Below are positions 19,937 through 29,019 of a stretch of DNA of 64,000 bases, one piece after another. The stretch covers positions 96,001 to 160,000 of the forward strand of contig CAXXUA010000015.1 in the NCBI GenBank assembly GCA_963663765.2. Reading direction: 5' to 3'. The position numbers and the translations under genes are program-made. Source of the stretch: Candidatus Poribacteria bacterium. Its GTDB lineage: Bacteria; Poribacteria; WGA-4E; WGA-3G. Every line of letters starts with the position of its first letter. Position 1 is the stretch's first letter. Below the pieces are notes generated by a model, which worked only from the letters and a program-made list of their open reading frames with translations, was not told where the DNA came from and ran no database searches.

Positions 19937-21553
19937 TTAATCACTGCGACGATATATGCGGATCACTGGATGCGTCAAGGATTGCATGGGAAATGGTGCA
20001 TTTGAATCAGAAAAACTGAAAACAAAAAACTGTGGCACGCGACGAAAAGTTTTGTGTAATACATACCGCCTATCCTCACCTAACACACTATTGTAAAACA
20101 GGAAAGTGCCTTCTATATCAACATCTTCAAGCGGATACCAGTCAATCTCCTCATAATCTTGTGGATTGTTATGATATTTTTCAAAGACTTGCCAATTCGG
20201 TTGGATAATTAATACCCATTCAGCCTCTACATTTCCAACTTCCATATCTCTATCTAACTCAGGTAACAACCACGTAAATAAGACTTCTGGGGCGCGAGTT
20301 ATCGTATTCTCGTGAGGTATGTTCTCCGATACCCACTCAGAAACAACTTGTCCAGTCGGTTGAGTCAACATTACAGAAGCAAAGGCAACAGTATAAACAA
20401 GTGAATAAAACCATACCAGACTCCCATAAATTATACCGAGCCACCTATATATGGAAACTAAAAATACAGCAGCAAAAACCGAAAAAACAGGATAAAGAAT
20501 CAGCAAGTGGCGCGTGAAGGATACCTTGAAAGTCCCAATAAAAAGAAGATACGGAATCACAAAAGCAAGCAACATCAATCCATTCCATGCGTCTTTATTA
20601 GAAAACAAATTTACTAATGAAGATTGCTTAAGTGCCACTACTGATGTGGAAAGAACATAGAAAATACTCACGCCTACCAACAAAGCAAGCGGTACTCCAA
20701 GTCCCCATCTCAAAAGCGTCCAGATGTATAGAAACCTATTTACCCATCCTGTGTCTCCAGTGGAAAACAAACCGAAGTGTCCCAAATGATAGTGCTTGGC
20801 TTCGTACCAGAAGTCATTAAAAAAGTGATTCCATTGTGATGAAAACAGATCTAATAACCAATATGGGCAAATGAGCGTAAAAGTAATCGCTGCTAATCCG
20901 ACAACGGTAGCAAATTTCCGATAAAAGTTCTCAGATCTAATGAATACCAACAGAGATAAACCAACAAATACGGTTGTGAACTTTACTGCAACACCGATCC
21001 CCGCAATGATACCTAACCATACACATGTTCGTATAGTGAGTTGTCTATCTCGCGCAACGCACCAAAGAAATAGGGCCACACAAAAAGTTGCAGGAATATC
21101 AACAAGTGCAAAACGTGATTCGTTGGTAGCATGCAACATGGAAACTGCTAAAAAACCAGCAGCAATCTGACCCACGCGTTTGTTGAAACACTGACCACCA
21201 AGGCAATATGTAAACCAAATCGTACTTGTTGACAAAAGGACATTGATGAACCGGGCAATCCAAATCACTCGCGCCGCAGTCATATCAATACCACAGATTG
21301 ACAGTGCCTTTCCGACCAAAGCAATCAGATAGAACCATGCTGTTCCAGGCCAGTTGTAGATTTCTGGTGGTGCAGTGAAATTGATGAGATTTAGTACGTC
21401 TTCTGCAATTAGTGTTTCACGCGGATCGGGAGAGTTTGGTAGACCAACCCCTATACCAATGAGACGAAGTCCAAATCCAAGGACAAGAATCGCGGGTATT
21501 AAGAGAATTGTGGGTTTATGTGAGTTGTTTCTCAAGGAGATGAGGTATTTCAT
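19937..21553 (-). CDS. Membrane glycosyltransferase, GT-C fold (ArnT/PMT_2, GT39-like)
   Basis: LRLIGI...PDPRE acidic loop, many TM helices, GVAVKFT. Start uncertain (ORF opens at 21616). Confidence 0.8.
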   Translation of the reverse strand: MKYLISLRNNSHKPTILLIPAILVLGFGLRLIGIGVGLPNSPDPRETLIAEDVLNLINFTAPPEIYNWPGTAWFYLIALVGKALSICGIDMTAARVIWIARFINVLLSTSTIWFTYCLGGQCFNKRVGQIAAGFLAVSMLHATNESRFALVDIPATFCVALFLWCVARDRQLTIRTCVWLGIIAGIGVAVKFTTVFVGLSLLVFIRSENFYRKFATVVGLAAITFTLICPYWLLDLFSSQWNHFFNDFWYEAKHYHLGHFGLFSTGDTGWVNRFLYIWTLLRWGLGVPLALLVGVSIFYVLSTSVVALKQSSLVNLFSNKDAWNGLMLLAFVIPYLLFIGTFKVSFTRHLLILYPVFSVFAAVFLVSIYRWLGIIYGSLVWFYSLVYTVAFASVMLTQPTGQVVSEWVSENIPHENTITRAPEVLFTWLLPELDRDMEVGNVEAEWVLIIQPNWQVFEKYHNNPQDYEEIDWYPLEDVDIEGTFLFYNSVLGEDRRYVLHKTFRRVPQFFVFSFSDSNAPFPMQSLTHPVIRIYRRSD

Positions 21554-21639
21554 GCTGACCTTAACGCGATACTCTTGTCCACAATTCTGTAGGAAGTTTT
21601 TCGTGCACTTGTGCAATCTGTGTATTCATAGGTGGTAAT

Positions 21640-21980
21640 TCTAATTTCTTAAATATTGCTTCCCATCGTTGAGGTTGCGTTTTGTCTACTTAGCAAGGAA
21701 GAAACCCAAGATTTAAGTATAATTTTATAGCGGGTAATCGGTAATCATCTGTATTAAGTATATCACAAGTTAACCTATGTTCATGAAAATAATTGAGAAC
21801 AGCAAGTGAAATCCATTTGCTGAGTTTCTGTCCAGTGTGTTCACTCAGTACACCGACCATGTGGACATAGCCAATATATGTTTCATCACTCTTCGGGCAG
21901 GAGTCCTGCTGTTTTAACACGGGGATGAATGCACGTTCCTATCAAAGACATTCAATTATCGATGTTTGCTCCTAAGAGTG
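21640..21980 (-). pseudogene. GNAT acetyltransferase remnant
   Basis: GYVHMVGVLSEHTGQKLS...TDDYRLPAIKLYLNLGF motifs; no intact 5' half; abuts the repeat array. Boundaries approximate. Confidence 0.65.
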
Positions 21981-21983
21981 TAG

Positions 21984-22632
21984 CAGGGTTATTCAGTTTT
22001 CCTAATGTTTGGATTTTTCCAAAAATAACCCCGCGGTAGGAGCGACCTCCCGGTCGCGATTTTCTCAGGAAACGAGTAAAACTCCTAAAACTGAATAACC
22101 CTGCGCACTCAATCAGGGTTATTTAGTTTTCCTAATGTTTGGATTTTTCCAAAAATAACCCCGCGGTAGGAGCGACCTCCCGGTCGCGATTTTCTCAGGG
22201 AACGAGTAAAACTCCTAAAACTGAATAACCCTGCGCACTCAATCAGGGTTATTTAGTTTTCCTAATGTTTGGATTTTTCCAAAAATAACCCCGCGGTAGG
22301 AGCGACCTCCCGGTCGCGATTTTCTCAGGGAACGACTAAAACTCCTAAAACTGAATAACCCTGCGCACTCAATCAGGGTTATTCAGTTTTCCTAATGTTT
22401 GGATTTTTCCAAAAATAACCCCGCGGTAGGAGCGACCTCCCGGTCGCGATTTTCTCAGGGAACGACTAAAACTCCTAAAACTGAATAACCCTGCGCACTC
22501 AATCAGGGTTATTTAGTTTTCCTAATGTTTGGATTTTTCCAAAAATAACCCCGCGGTAGGAGCGACCTCCCGGTCGCGATTTTCTCAGAAAACGACTAAA
22601 ATGCCTAAAACTGAATATAACTGCCACTCAAT
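21984..22632. repeat. Five tandem 130-bp units: 120-bp MITE (family T4; TIR CAGGGTTATTCAGTTTT) plus constant 10-bp linker CGCACTCAAT
   Basis: Unit starts at 21984, 22114, 22244, 22374, 22504; 17-bp TIRs; internal GTAGGAGCGACCTCCCGGTCGCGA. Confidence 0.95.
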
Positions 22633-22640
22633 ATACTTTC

Positions 22641-22669
22641 TTGACACCCATGCTCAACTATGCTAACCT
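22641..22669 (+). promoter_or_regulatory. Putative sigma-70 promoter for the AAA-nuclease gene
   Basis: TTGACA-17 bp-TAACCT with extended -10 TG. Confidence 0.5.
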
Positions 22670-22702
22670 AAGAAAGTAAAAACATCCGATAAGGAAATTG
22701 AT

Positions 22703-24328
22703 ATGAGACGTTTCGGTACAACGGGTCCAGTACATCCTGAAAAGCATTATGTTGTCAGACGTTCTGAGGAGCTTGATGACTTCATTGCACGCGTCAAAGA
22801 TGGACGATATATCGTTATATTTGCCCCACGACAGACAGGTAAGACTACCTTTTTTCGCAATGCACTTGATGAAATTGCAGACAGCGATCCAGTTTACTTC
22901 CCAATTTCATTGAATTTTGAGGAATATGTTGGTGAATCTTTATCGGATTTCTACAACAATCTTACTCATGATTTAATTGATGAAATTGAATCAGTTTTGA
23001 AAAAAAGAGAATTGCTAACAACAAATACACTTCAAGGTCTAATAGAAAATTCTCAATTAACTAGCCACCAAACAATGCGTAGATTCTTTGGGGATTTAGA
23101 AGAAAATTTAAGAGTAGATTACGGTGTTTACCGTGTAATTCTAATAATAGACGAATTTGATGGTATCCCACAAGAGGTATTAGCAGGTTTTCTTCATTCA
23201 CTCCGTCGAATCTATGTTTCAAATTCCACATCAAAATGTCCTCACAGTGTCGGAATAGTCGGTGTAAAAAGTATTGCACAACTCAACTATGACCGATCAA
23301 TCTCTCCATTCAATATCCAAGATGAGTTTAACCTCCCAAATTTTACACTTGTACAGGTGAATGAACTCCTGCAACAGTACACGGAAGAAGTTGGTCAACA
23401 CTTTGAATCAGAAGTGATTGAATCTATCCATAAACAGACTGCAGGACAGCCTTTCCTTGTCAACCGACTGGCACAAATATTGACTGATGAAATGGACATA
23501 CCTAAGACCGAAACAATTACTTTGACGCATTTCACAACAGCACATAATAAACTAATTCATGAACGTAATACCAATATTGACCATCTAACAACAAATTTCC
23601 GTAGAAATCGACGCTTTGAAAAAATTCTGATGCGAATAACAGCCTTTGATGATGGTTTACCTTTCAACTTGCGTGATGACCAAATCAGTGAACTCGCAAC
23701 CTTTGGGGTAATAAAGCAAGGCGTGGACGGTATGTGTGAAATTGCTAATCCCATATACTTTTATTGTATTGTTCAAACATTTAAACCGACAATAAATGGT
23801 TTGGAGGAAGCATATCACCCAGAAGACACCAGAGACGGTTTTCTTGATTACCTATCAAATACTGGACATATTGATATGAACGCATTGCTTGATAATTTCA
23901 GAGATTTCATCGCTCGATCGGGATTTAATATATTACAGGTCCCTGACACACCCCAGGAATCTGTTGGACGCCATTTACTTCTTGCCTACCTTGAGCAGTT
24001 TGTTCTGTTAGTGGGTGGATTTATGCATATTGAAGTGCAAACAGGACACGGTAGATTGGACTTACTCATCACACACAAGCATCGAAAATACATCGTTGAG
24101 ACAAAAGTTTGGAGAGGAGAAATCAGTTATCAGAAAGGATTGAACCAACTTGCTTCATATCTAAGGTTAGAAAATGCAACCGAGGGGTACTATGTAGTCT
24201 TTGATCACCGCACAAATCCAGAACCACGCTCTGAAAACCATGAAATTGATGGCTATAATATACGAAGTTATGTAATACCTGTAATGCAGAAACGACCCTC
24301 AGTTGGGAGTCTTGACGTAAAAAAGTGA
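22703..24328 (+). CDS. AAA-like ATPase fused to a C-terminal PD-(D/E)XK nuclease domain
   Basis: Walker A APRQTGKTT; Walker B LIIDEFD; EVQTGHGRLDL...IVETK. Confidence 0.85.
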   Translation: MRRFGTTGPVHPEKHYVVRRSEELDDFIARVKDGRYIVIFAPRQTGKTTFFRNALDEIADSDPVYFPISLNFEEYVGESLSDFYNNLTHDLIDEIESVLKKRELLTTNTLQGLIENSQLTSHQTMRRFFGDLEENLRVDYGVYRVILIIDEFDGIPQEVLAGFLHSLRRIYVSNSTSKCPHSVGIVGVKSIAQLNYDRSISPFNIQDEFNLPNFTLVQVNELLQQYTEEVGQHFESEVIESIHKQTAGQPFLVNRLAQILTDEMDIPKTETITLTHFTTAHNKLIHERNTNIDHLTTNFRRNRRFEKILMRITAFDDGLPFNLRDDQISELATFGVIKQGVDGMCEIANPIYFYCIVQTFKPTINGLEEAYHPEDTRDGFLDYLSNTGHIDMNALLDNFRDFIARSGFNILQVPDTPQESVGRHLLLAYLEQFVLLVGGFMHIEVQTGHGRLDLLITHKHRKYIVETKVWRGEISYQKGLNQLASYLRLENATEGYYVVFDHRTNPEPRSENHEIDGYNIRSYVIPVMQKRPSVGSLDVKK

Positions 24329-24331
24329 GGA

Positions 24332-25099
24332 TTGAAAATGCAATTCTGTACAGTGTGTAAGCAATTTGCTGACTATGAATATGATATTGCCCTGTCCAAT
24401 GGAAACCACTTACATTCTTCTTGTCTAATCAAGCTCCAAATGCGTGAAGATGAAATTGAGGTTAAACTACGAAGACGAAGCTCACAATTGATTCTGTCTC
24501 TCTTTGCAAAGTCTGAAGCTGTAGAAAGAGATGTTATATCTGAGGAAGAGGTGAGAAATTTATCAACTGAACTGACAAAAATAAAGAACACTTTAACTTC
24601 CATTTTTGACTTCTTTCCGATTTGTCCGCCGGATTGGGATGAACGTAAACGCTACCTTATCCAACTGAACGGTTCGATCTGTTTCAGTTGTGAAGAAGAA
24701 GGTGATGTTTTTCTGATACATGAGATTCCTTTATGTGAATACGGAACGAATGAGTTGGATAACCTTGAATTGATTTGTAAACCTTGTCATGAGAGTATGT
24801 ATGGTAAGAGTGATGTTTTTGGGAACTTTACCCTGAATTCGTCCCAATCAGAGTTTTCAGAGCAAGTGGCAGAAATCCAATCTGCTATGCACAACAATCA
24901 GAGAATTCGATTTGACTATAAAAAACCGAAAGCTAAGACGTGGATGACGCGCGTGGTTGTCCCAGAACGTTTACTAAATATTCCTAACAGTCGCGAGTCT
25001 GGTGAGACATTGTGCGTTGAGGGATACTGCGAATTGCGTCAAGCTAACCGGGTTTTTGCACTTGAACGGATGCAAGATTTAGAAGTAATAGAGGGTTAA
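24332..25099 (+). CDS. Zinc-finger / HNH-like / WYL-domain protein
   Basis: N-terminal CxxC...HxxC. HNH-like PPDW...CFSC...IHEIPL...GTNELDNLELICKPCH. WYL-like IRFDYKK...RVVVP...VEGYCELRQANRVFALERM. Confidence 0.75.
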   Translation: MKMQFCTVCKQFADYEYDIALSNGNHLHSSCLIKLQMREDEIEVKLRRRSSQLILSLFAKSEAVERDVISEEEVRNLSTELTKIKNTLTSIFDFFPICPPDWDERKRYLIQLNGSICFSCEEEGDVFLIHEIPLCEYGTNELDNLELICKPCHESMYGKSDVFGNFTLNSSQSEFSEQVAEIQSAMHNNQRIRFDYKKPKAKTWMTRVVVPERLLNIPNSRESGETLCVEGYCELRQANRVFALERMQDLEVIEG

Positions 25100-25271
25100 T
25101 CGGAATCGCTGATTTCGCGGATAAGACAGCAGCATTAGATGGCATGGTATGAGATAAGCTTTAACTAAGCAATACCACCTCAAGCAGGGACCAATCCATG
25201 TAACCTGTGATTCAGTCTAAACCGATGATATTAACCTGTATATTTCCGTGCGATGCTGTGCATTTCACATC

Positions 25272-26921
25272 TTATACGGTTTGCAAGTTGCTTATAGAAA
25301 GCAACCAGGGTTCATCTACCAAAGCACGCAAAAATATCCCGCGTGCGCCATTCAAGTCTCTGTCCATCTTGAGTCCCATGCTATCTTTTATTATCTTTCG
25401 TCCACCGAGTGATTTTCTAATCTCACCATTCCACGACACTGTTTTTGATGTGTATGCTTCACAGACATCAATGACGAGACATCCAGTCTCTTTCGCTTTG
25501 TGCTTTAGAAAATGTTTGAATCTGTAGTGCGACAGTGTCAACATTTGTCGGGCAGACTTCTTGTGTAGTTTGCGGTTTCCACGCATTACCATATCTGAAG
25601 TCTCAAAAGTAGGGAGTAGGATAATATCAAAGGTATCCACAAGGAAACGTGCTATTTTATGATGCAACTCGTCAACAAGATATCTGATACGTTTTCTGAT
25701 GCGATTTGCAGCACGTCTCATATTCTTGCGTGATTGTTGTGTCGCTTTTATTGCACGGGATAAAAGATTATCAAGGTATGAACAAAGTCTTTGAATCCGA
25801 TTGATAGCATGGTGTCCAAGCCATCCGAAACCACGCTCATGGAAATATGTGAGGAATGTTCTCACGCCAGGGTCTAAAGCAACAACACTTCCGTTTGGTT
25901 TTCGCTTCGGAGTTGTCACAGTATAGGAAACACAGAGATAGTATTTATCATTCTCTTTCACGAGGCGTGAGTCACAGATATTATCAGGTAACATCTCTGA
26001 CATTTTGAGATCACCAAGCACTGTGTGATAAACACCGCGAGGTTTTATAGCAGACTTTGGTATGAAAATACTATCTGATGGATGACGTTTGGATTTGAAA
26101 AAAACAGACTGATATTGACCTGTTTTCTTGCATTTTCGCTTTGCTTCTCGGACAGCAATACAAGCGTCACGGATAGCAACAGATTTCACTTGATACGGTG
26201 TTTCTTTGCTCCAATCAGGAAGATCGTGAAGAATACCTGTTTTTATCGCTTTCCAATTCGCTTTTGTGTCTGTTTCGTTCAACAAAGCAATTGTTTTATT
26301 ATAAGTAAAACGTGCTGTGCCAAACCACTGACGCAGTGTTTCACGTTGTTCTGTTGTCGGATAGACTCTTATCTTCTTTGATTTTGTCACGGTAACTTCG
26401 GAGTCCGTGCATTCTGTAACTGAAGACGTGCAGGATTGCGAGAAGATCCGACGTGAGTTCTTCTTGCGGACTGTGTTCTGTTTGATCGAGAACCACGAGT
26501 TCGCCACCGTTTTGTTCAATGAGGTATTGTATAAGGTCGATACCGAAGCGGGCGAGTCTATCCCGATGGGCAATAACAACTTTGAGCTTATCACCTTGCA
26601 TAAGCCGTTCCAATAAGGTTCTAAGCCCTTTTCTTTTGAAGTTGATTCCGCTTCCGATGTCTCGGATAACTTCTGCTTCAGGGTAGATACTTCGCATATA
26701 TTCAACTTGTCGTTCAAGGTCTTCTCTTTGCTTTGTGCTGGATACTCTGCAGTAGCAAACAGTTGCAATTGATTTGGATTTGCTTTTGATGTATCCGTCA
26801 ACATCATAGCGTCTGTGTCCGCCTCCTGTGCGGATAATATCAATCTTTCCTTCATTTGCCAACCTCCGTAAATGGTCAGGTGTATAATCCAGCAGCTCAC
26901 TTGCTTTGCGCGCTGATACAT
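25272..26921 (-). CDS. tnpB: TnpB RNA-guided endonuclease of the IS607 / Fanzor-related type (true start uncertain)
   Basis: KIRVYPT...WFGTARFTYN; RuvC-I ALDPGVRTF; RuvC-II region ILLPTFE with alternative Glu in VCEAYTSK; RuvC-III DRDLNGARGI. Confidence 0.9.
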   Translation of the reverse strand: MYQRAKQVSCWIIHLTIYGGWQMKERLILSAQEADTDAMMLTDTSKANPNQLQLFATAEYPAQSKEKTLNDKLNICEVSTLKQKLSETSEAESTSKEKGLEPYWNGLCKVISSKLLLPIGIDSPASVSTLYNTSLNKTVANSWFSIKQNTVRKKNSRRIFSQSCTSSVTECTDSEVTVTKSKKIRVYPTTEQRETLRQWFGTARFTYNKTIALLNETDTKANWKAIKTGILHDLPDWSKETPYQVKSVAIRDACIAVREAKRKCKKTGQYQSVFFKSKRHPSDSIFIPKSAIKPRGVYHTVLGDLKMSEMLPDNICDSRLVKENDKYYLCVSYTVTTPKRKPNGSVVALDPGVRTFLTYFHERGFGWLGHHAINRIQRLCSYLDNLLSRAIKATQQSRKNMRRAANRIRKRIRYLVDELHHKIARFLVDTFDIILLPTFETSDMVMRGNRKLHKKSARQMLTLSHYRFKHFLKHKAKETGCLVIDVCEAYTSKTVSWNGEIRKSLGGRKIIKDSMGLKMDRDLNGARGIFLRALVDEPWLLSISNLQTV

Positions 26922-26928
26922 AAGTCAT
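26341..26928 (-). CDS. tnpA: IS607 transposase TnpA (MerR-like HTH plus serine recombinase)
   Basis: RTGGGHRRY, YCRVSS, DIGSGINFKRKGL, DRLARFG. Confidence 0.95.
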   Translation of the reverse strand: MTYVSARKASELLDYTPDHLRRLANEGKIDIIRTGGGHRRYDVDGYIKSKSKSIATVCYCRVSSTKQREDLERQVEYMRSIYPEAEVIRDIGSGINFKRKGLRTLLERLMQGDKLKVVIAHRDRLARFGIDLIQYLIEQNGGELVVLDQTEHSPQEELTSDLLAILHVFSYRMHGLRSYRDKIKEDKSLSDNRTT

Positions 26929-26934
26929 GTATAT

Positions 26935-26963
26935 AGTATCACATAAATATCAAGGAATGTCAA
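26935..26963 (-). promoter_or_regulatory. Putative IS607 promoter giving a near-leaderless tnpA mRNA
   Basis: Minus strand TTGACA-17 bp-GATACT, 6 nt before the tnpA ATG. Confidence 0.6.
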
Positions 26964-27274
26964 GAAATATGTAGATATTTAGATACTGTCACTCTACCCT
27001 CAATTCAGATAACACCTTGCAAAAACTTTTCATACCAGTTCAAACAATACCCTTGACCCACACATCAGCACCCGCTAAAATACACCTATGCAGAAACTCA
27101 ACCACCGACCCACAAACAGATCCGCGACGACTACGCCACGTTACAACAATACGTATATAGCTATAAGTTAGAGACTTAATAAACAATAATCAAGGAATTT
27201 CAACAGAGTTATTTTTCGTGAAATTTGAGTATTAGTTTACATTTCAACAATTTACCATATTGGCTGTCATGTAA

Positions 27275-28994
27275 CCTACACTCCGCAGTTATGGATCTGG
27301 AAAATAGACATTTTTTACTTCTATGCCTAAAATGTTGATGATTTGTGTGTGTATTTCATTTAAATTTAATATAGACCTTTGTATATGTTCGTTTTGTTCT
27401 ATCAATAATACATCAACGCCTTCAAACATTTGAAAAATACGCCTGAGTGTTGGTTTTTGCGTGGGTTTACCAACTTGGTTAGGTATTGTTTGTTCTTGTT
27501 TTTTTAGCTCTTGCCGAACCCATCGTTCGGCAAGAGCGTATACAAGTAAAGAAAGTCCCATCACCATCAGTAATGCCATAATCCGCTGGGGTTTTTCAAG
27601 ATATAGACTATCGGCAAAGAATAAGGGGTCTTTCAAAAACCGAAAACCGCGTTCTACAGACACGTTCTGTGCTTTATATGCTTCAAGGATAGTCGCATCG
27701 TCAAGTAAAGTTGTATCCAGTTCATTGGTAGCTAAGACAAATCGGCCTTTGCTGCGTTTGAGTTTTTCAATCGTTTCTATATCATCAATAACTTCACCTT
27801 CAACCCGATAACGAAAATGTGTCGGTTTATCTGTCTTTTTGGGGCGTCCCGATGTAGTGTAATGTGGAACAGAAATAATGGAGAAACGAAGTTTATGATA
27901 TTTCCATGACTTGGCAAGGACTGTTGCCGCAGCTGCCGCAGCTGTATCGGTCTCATACGTTTTATTTTGTAAACGATTGAGTGATGTTTGTGCAGTTGTC
28001 TGTGCTTTGTCAATCTTTTTTACTAAAGTTGCCACTTCACGATGATACGCAGTTTGTGAATAAACAACTAACCACCTTTGTGGAACATCCGCATAGGTGC
28101 TATCTACTGATAGATAACTATATCCATCAAGAGATGCTGGCTGCATATCTTCAGTCGAAATAGTTTGGTAGAGTTCTTTGACAGCTTTGAGTGTTTCCGG
28201 CACACGCGTAATAAAACGCACATCACGCAGCTTCGCAATGTTTTGTGCTGTATAAAGCGCACTATCCGCTACAAAATAAGGTGCATCACTGCCACGCAGT
28301 TGAGACAAATATTCTCGGATCGTGTTGGGAAAACTTGTTTTATCAGACTGATTTCCATCAAGTGCTTTGAACCATACAGGGAACTGAGACCGATAAGAAC
28401 AGAGAAGTTGAACTACCACTTGTTTGAGATCCGGACGCTGATCGCGACTATACCCGTGGGTAATGTGAATAGCGTGTTCATCAACTGTTTCGGTATCATA
28501 GTTCCCCTGAAAACTAAACGTGGTGCTATCCAGATGAACAAAACGATGGTCAATCTCATAAGTTGATAATGCTTTAGAAGCAACTGTTGCAAAAAGTTCG
28601 GTAACACCATTTTCATAAAGTGTATCTAAAGCACGCCCAAGACAATCGTCCGTGAAATCGGCAGCACAGAGATGAGGGCGTATCAATAGATCCACCGGTT
28701 TATTTGAAAAAAACTCAGGTGTCAAGTAGAGTGGGCGTGAGACAAAGCCTAAAGCATTCAAGATCATAGCAACAACAGATTCACCCACTGAAACTTTCCG
28801 TTTCGTTGGGGAAATAAAAGTATCAATAGTGTTTATCAAGTCAATACGATCACATACACCAGCTACTATTCCGAGGTGATCTAAACGTTGTGTTGTAAAA
28901 GTAGATTGAGTGATGATGTTATACTCCTTATATAAAGATATAAAGAGTATAACATAAATACTTAAAATCCGATTAAACAACTGCGGAGTGTAGG
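27275..28994 (-). mobile_element. Complete IS1634-family insertion sequence
   Basis: Perfect 16-bp TIRs CCTACACTCCGCAGTT / AACTGCGGAGTGTAGG; 6-bp TSD ATGTAA (27269-27274 and 28995-29000). Confidence 0.95.
27289..28917 (-). CDS. IS1634-family DDE transposase
   Basis: LDHLGIVAG, HLDSTT, GYSRDQRPDLKQ, VADSALY, VERGFRFLKDP. Start placed at ATC after AAGGAG; the TTG at 28980 lies in the TIR. Confidence 0.92.
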   Translation of the reverse strand: MITQSTFTTQRLDHLGIVAGVCDRIDLINTIDTFISPTKRKVSVGESVVAMILNALGFVSRPLYLTPEFFSNKPVDLLIRPHLCAADFTDDCLGRALDTLYENGVTELFATVASKALSTYEIDHRFVHLDSTTFSFQGNYDTETVDEHAIHITHGYSRDQRPDLKQVVVQLLCSYRSQFPVWFKALDGNQSDKTSFPNTIREYLSQLRGSDAPYFVADSALYTAQNIAKLRDVRFITRVPETLKAVKELYQTISTEDMQPASLDGYSYLSVDSTYADVPQRWLVVYSQTAYHREVATLVKKIDKAQTTAQTSLNRLQNKTYETDTAAAAAATVLAKSWKYHKLRFSIISVPHYTTSGRPKKTDKPTHFRYRVEGEVIDDIETIEKLKRSKGRFVLATNELDTTLLDDATILEAYKAQNVSVERGFRFLKDPLFFADSLYLEKPQRIMALLMVMGLSLLVYALAERWVRQELKKQEQTIPNQVGKPTQKPTLRRIFQMFEGVDVLLIEQNEHIQRSILNLNEIHTQIINILGIEVKNVYFPDP

Positions 28995-29019
28995 ATGTAA
29001 ATATCTTGTTCTTTTCTTT

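Larger units (their letters stand above)
25222..26998 (-). mobile_element. IS607-family element (tnpA + tnpB)
   Basis: Serine-recombinase tnpA overlapping tnpB; no TIRs or TSD. GG dinucleotides at both inferred ends; short TATCTA direct repeats at the left end. Boundaries inferred. Confidence 0.85.

Noticed and set aside
21984-22632. Possible CRISPR array
   Set aside because: Whole 130-bp units are near-identical with no unique spacers; each unit has TIRs; no cas genes nearby.
27053-27160. TTGACC-17 bp-TAAAAT promoter followed by an ATG between the two IS elements
   Set aside because: Only a short unrecognisable reading frame follows; cannot be supported as a gene or RNA.
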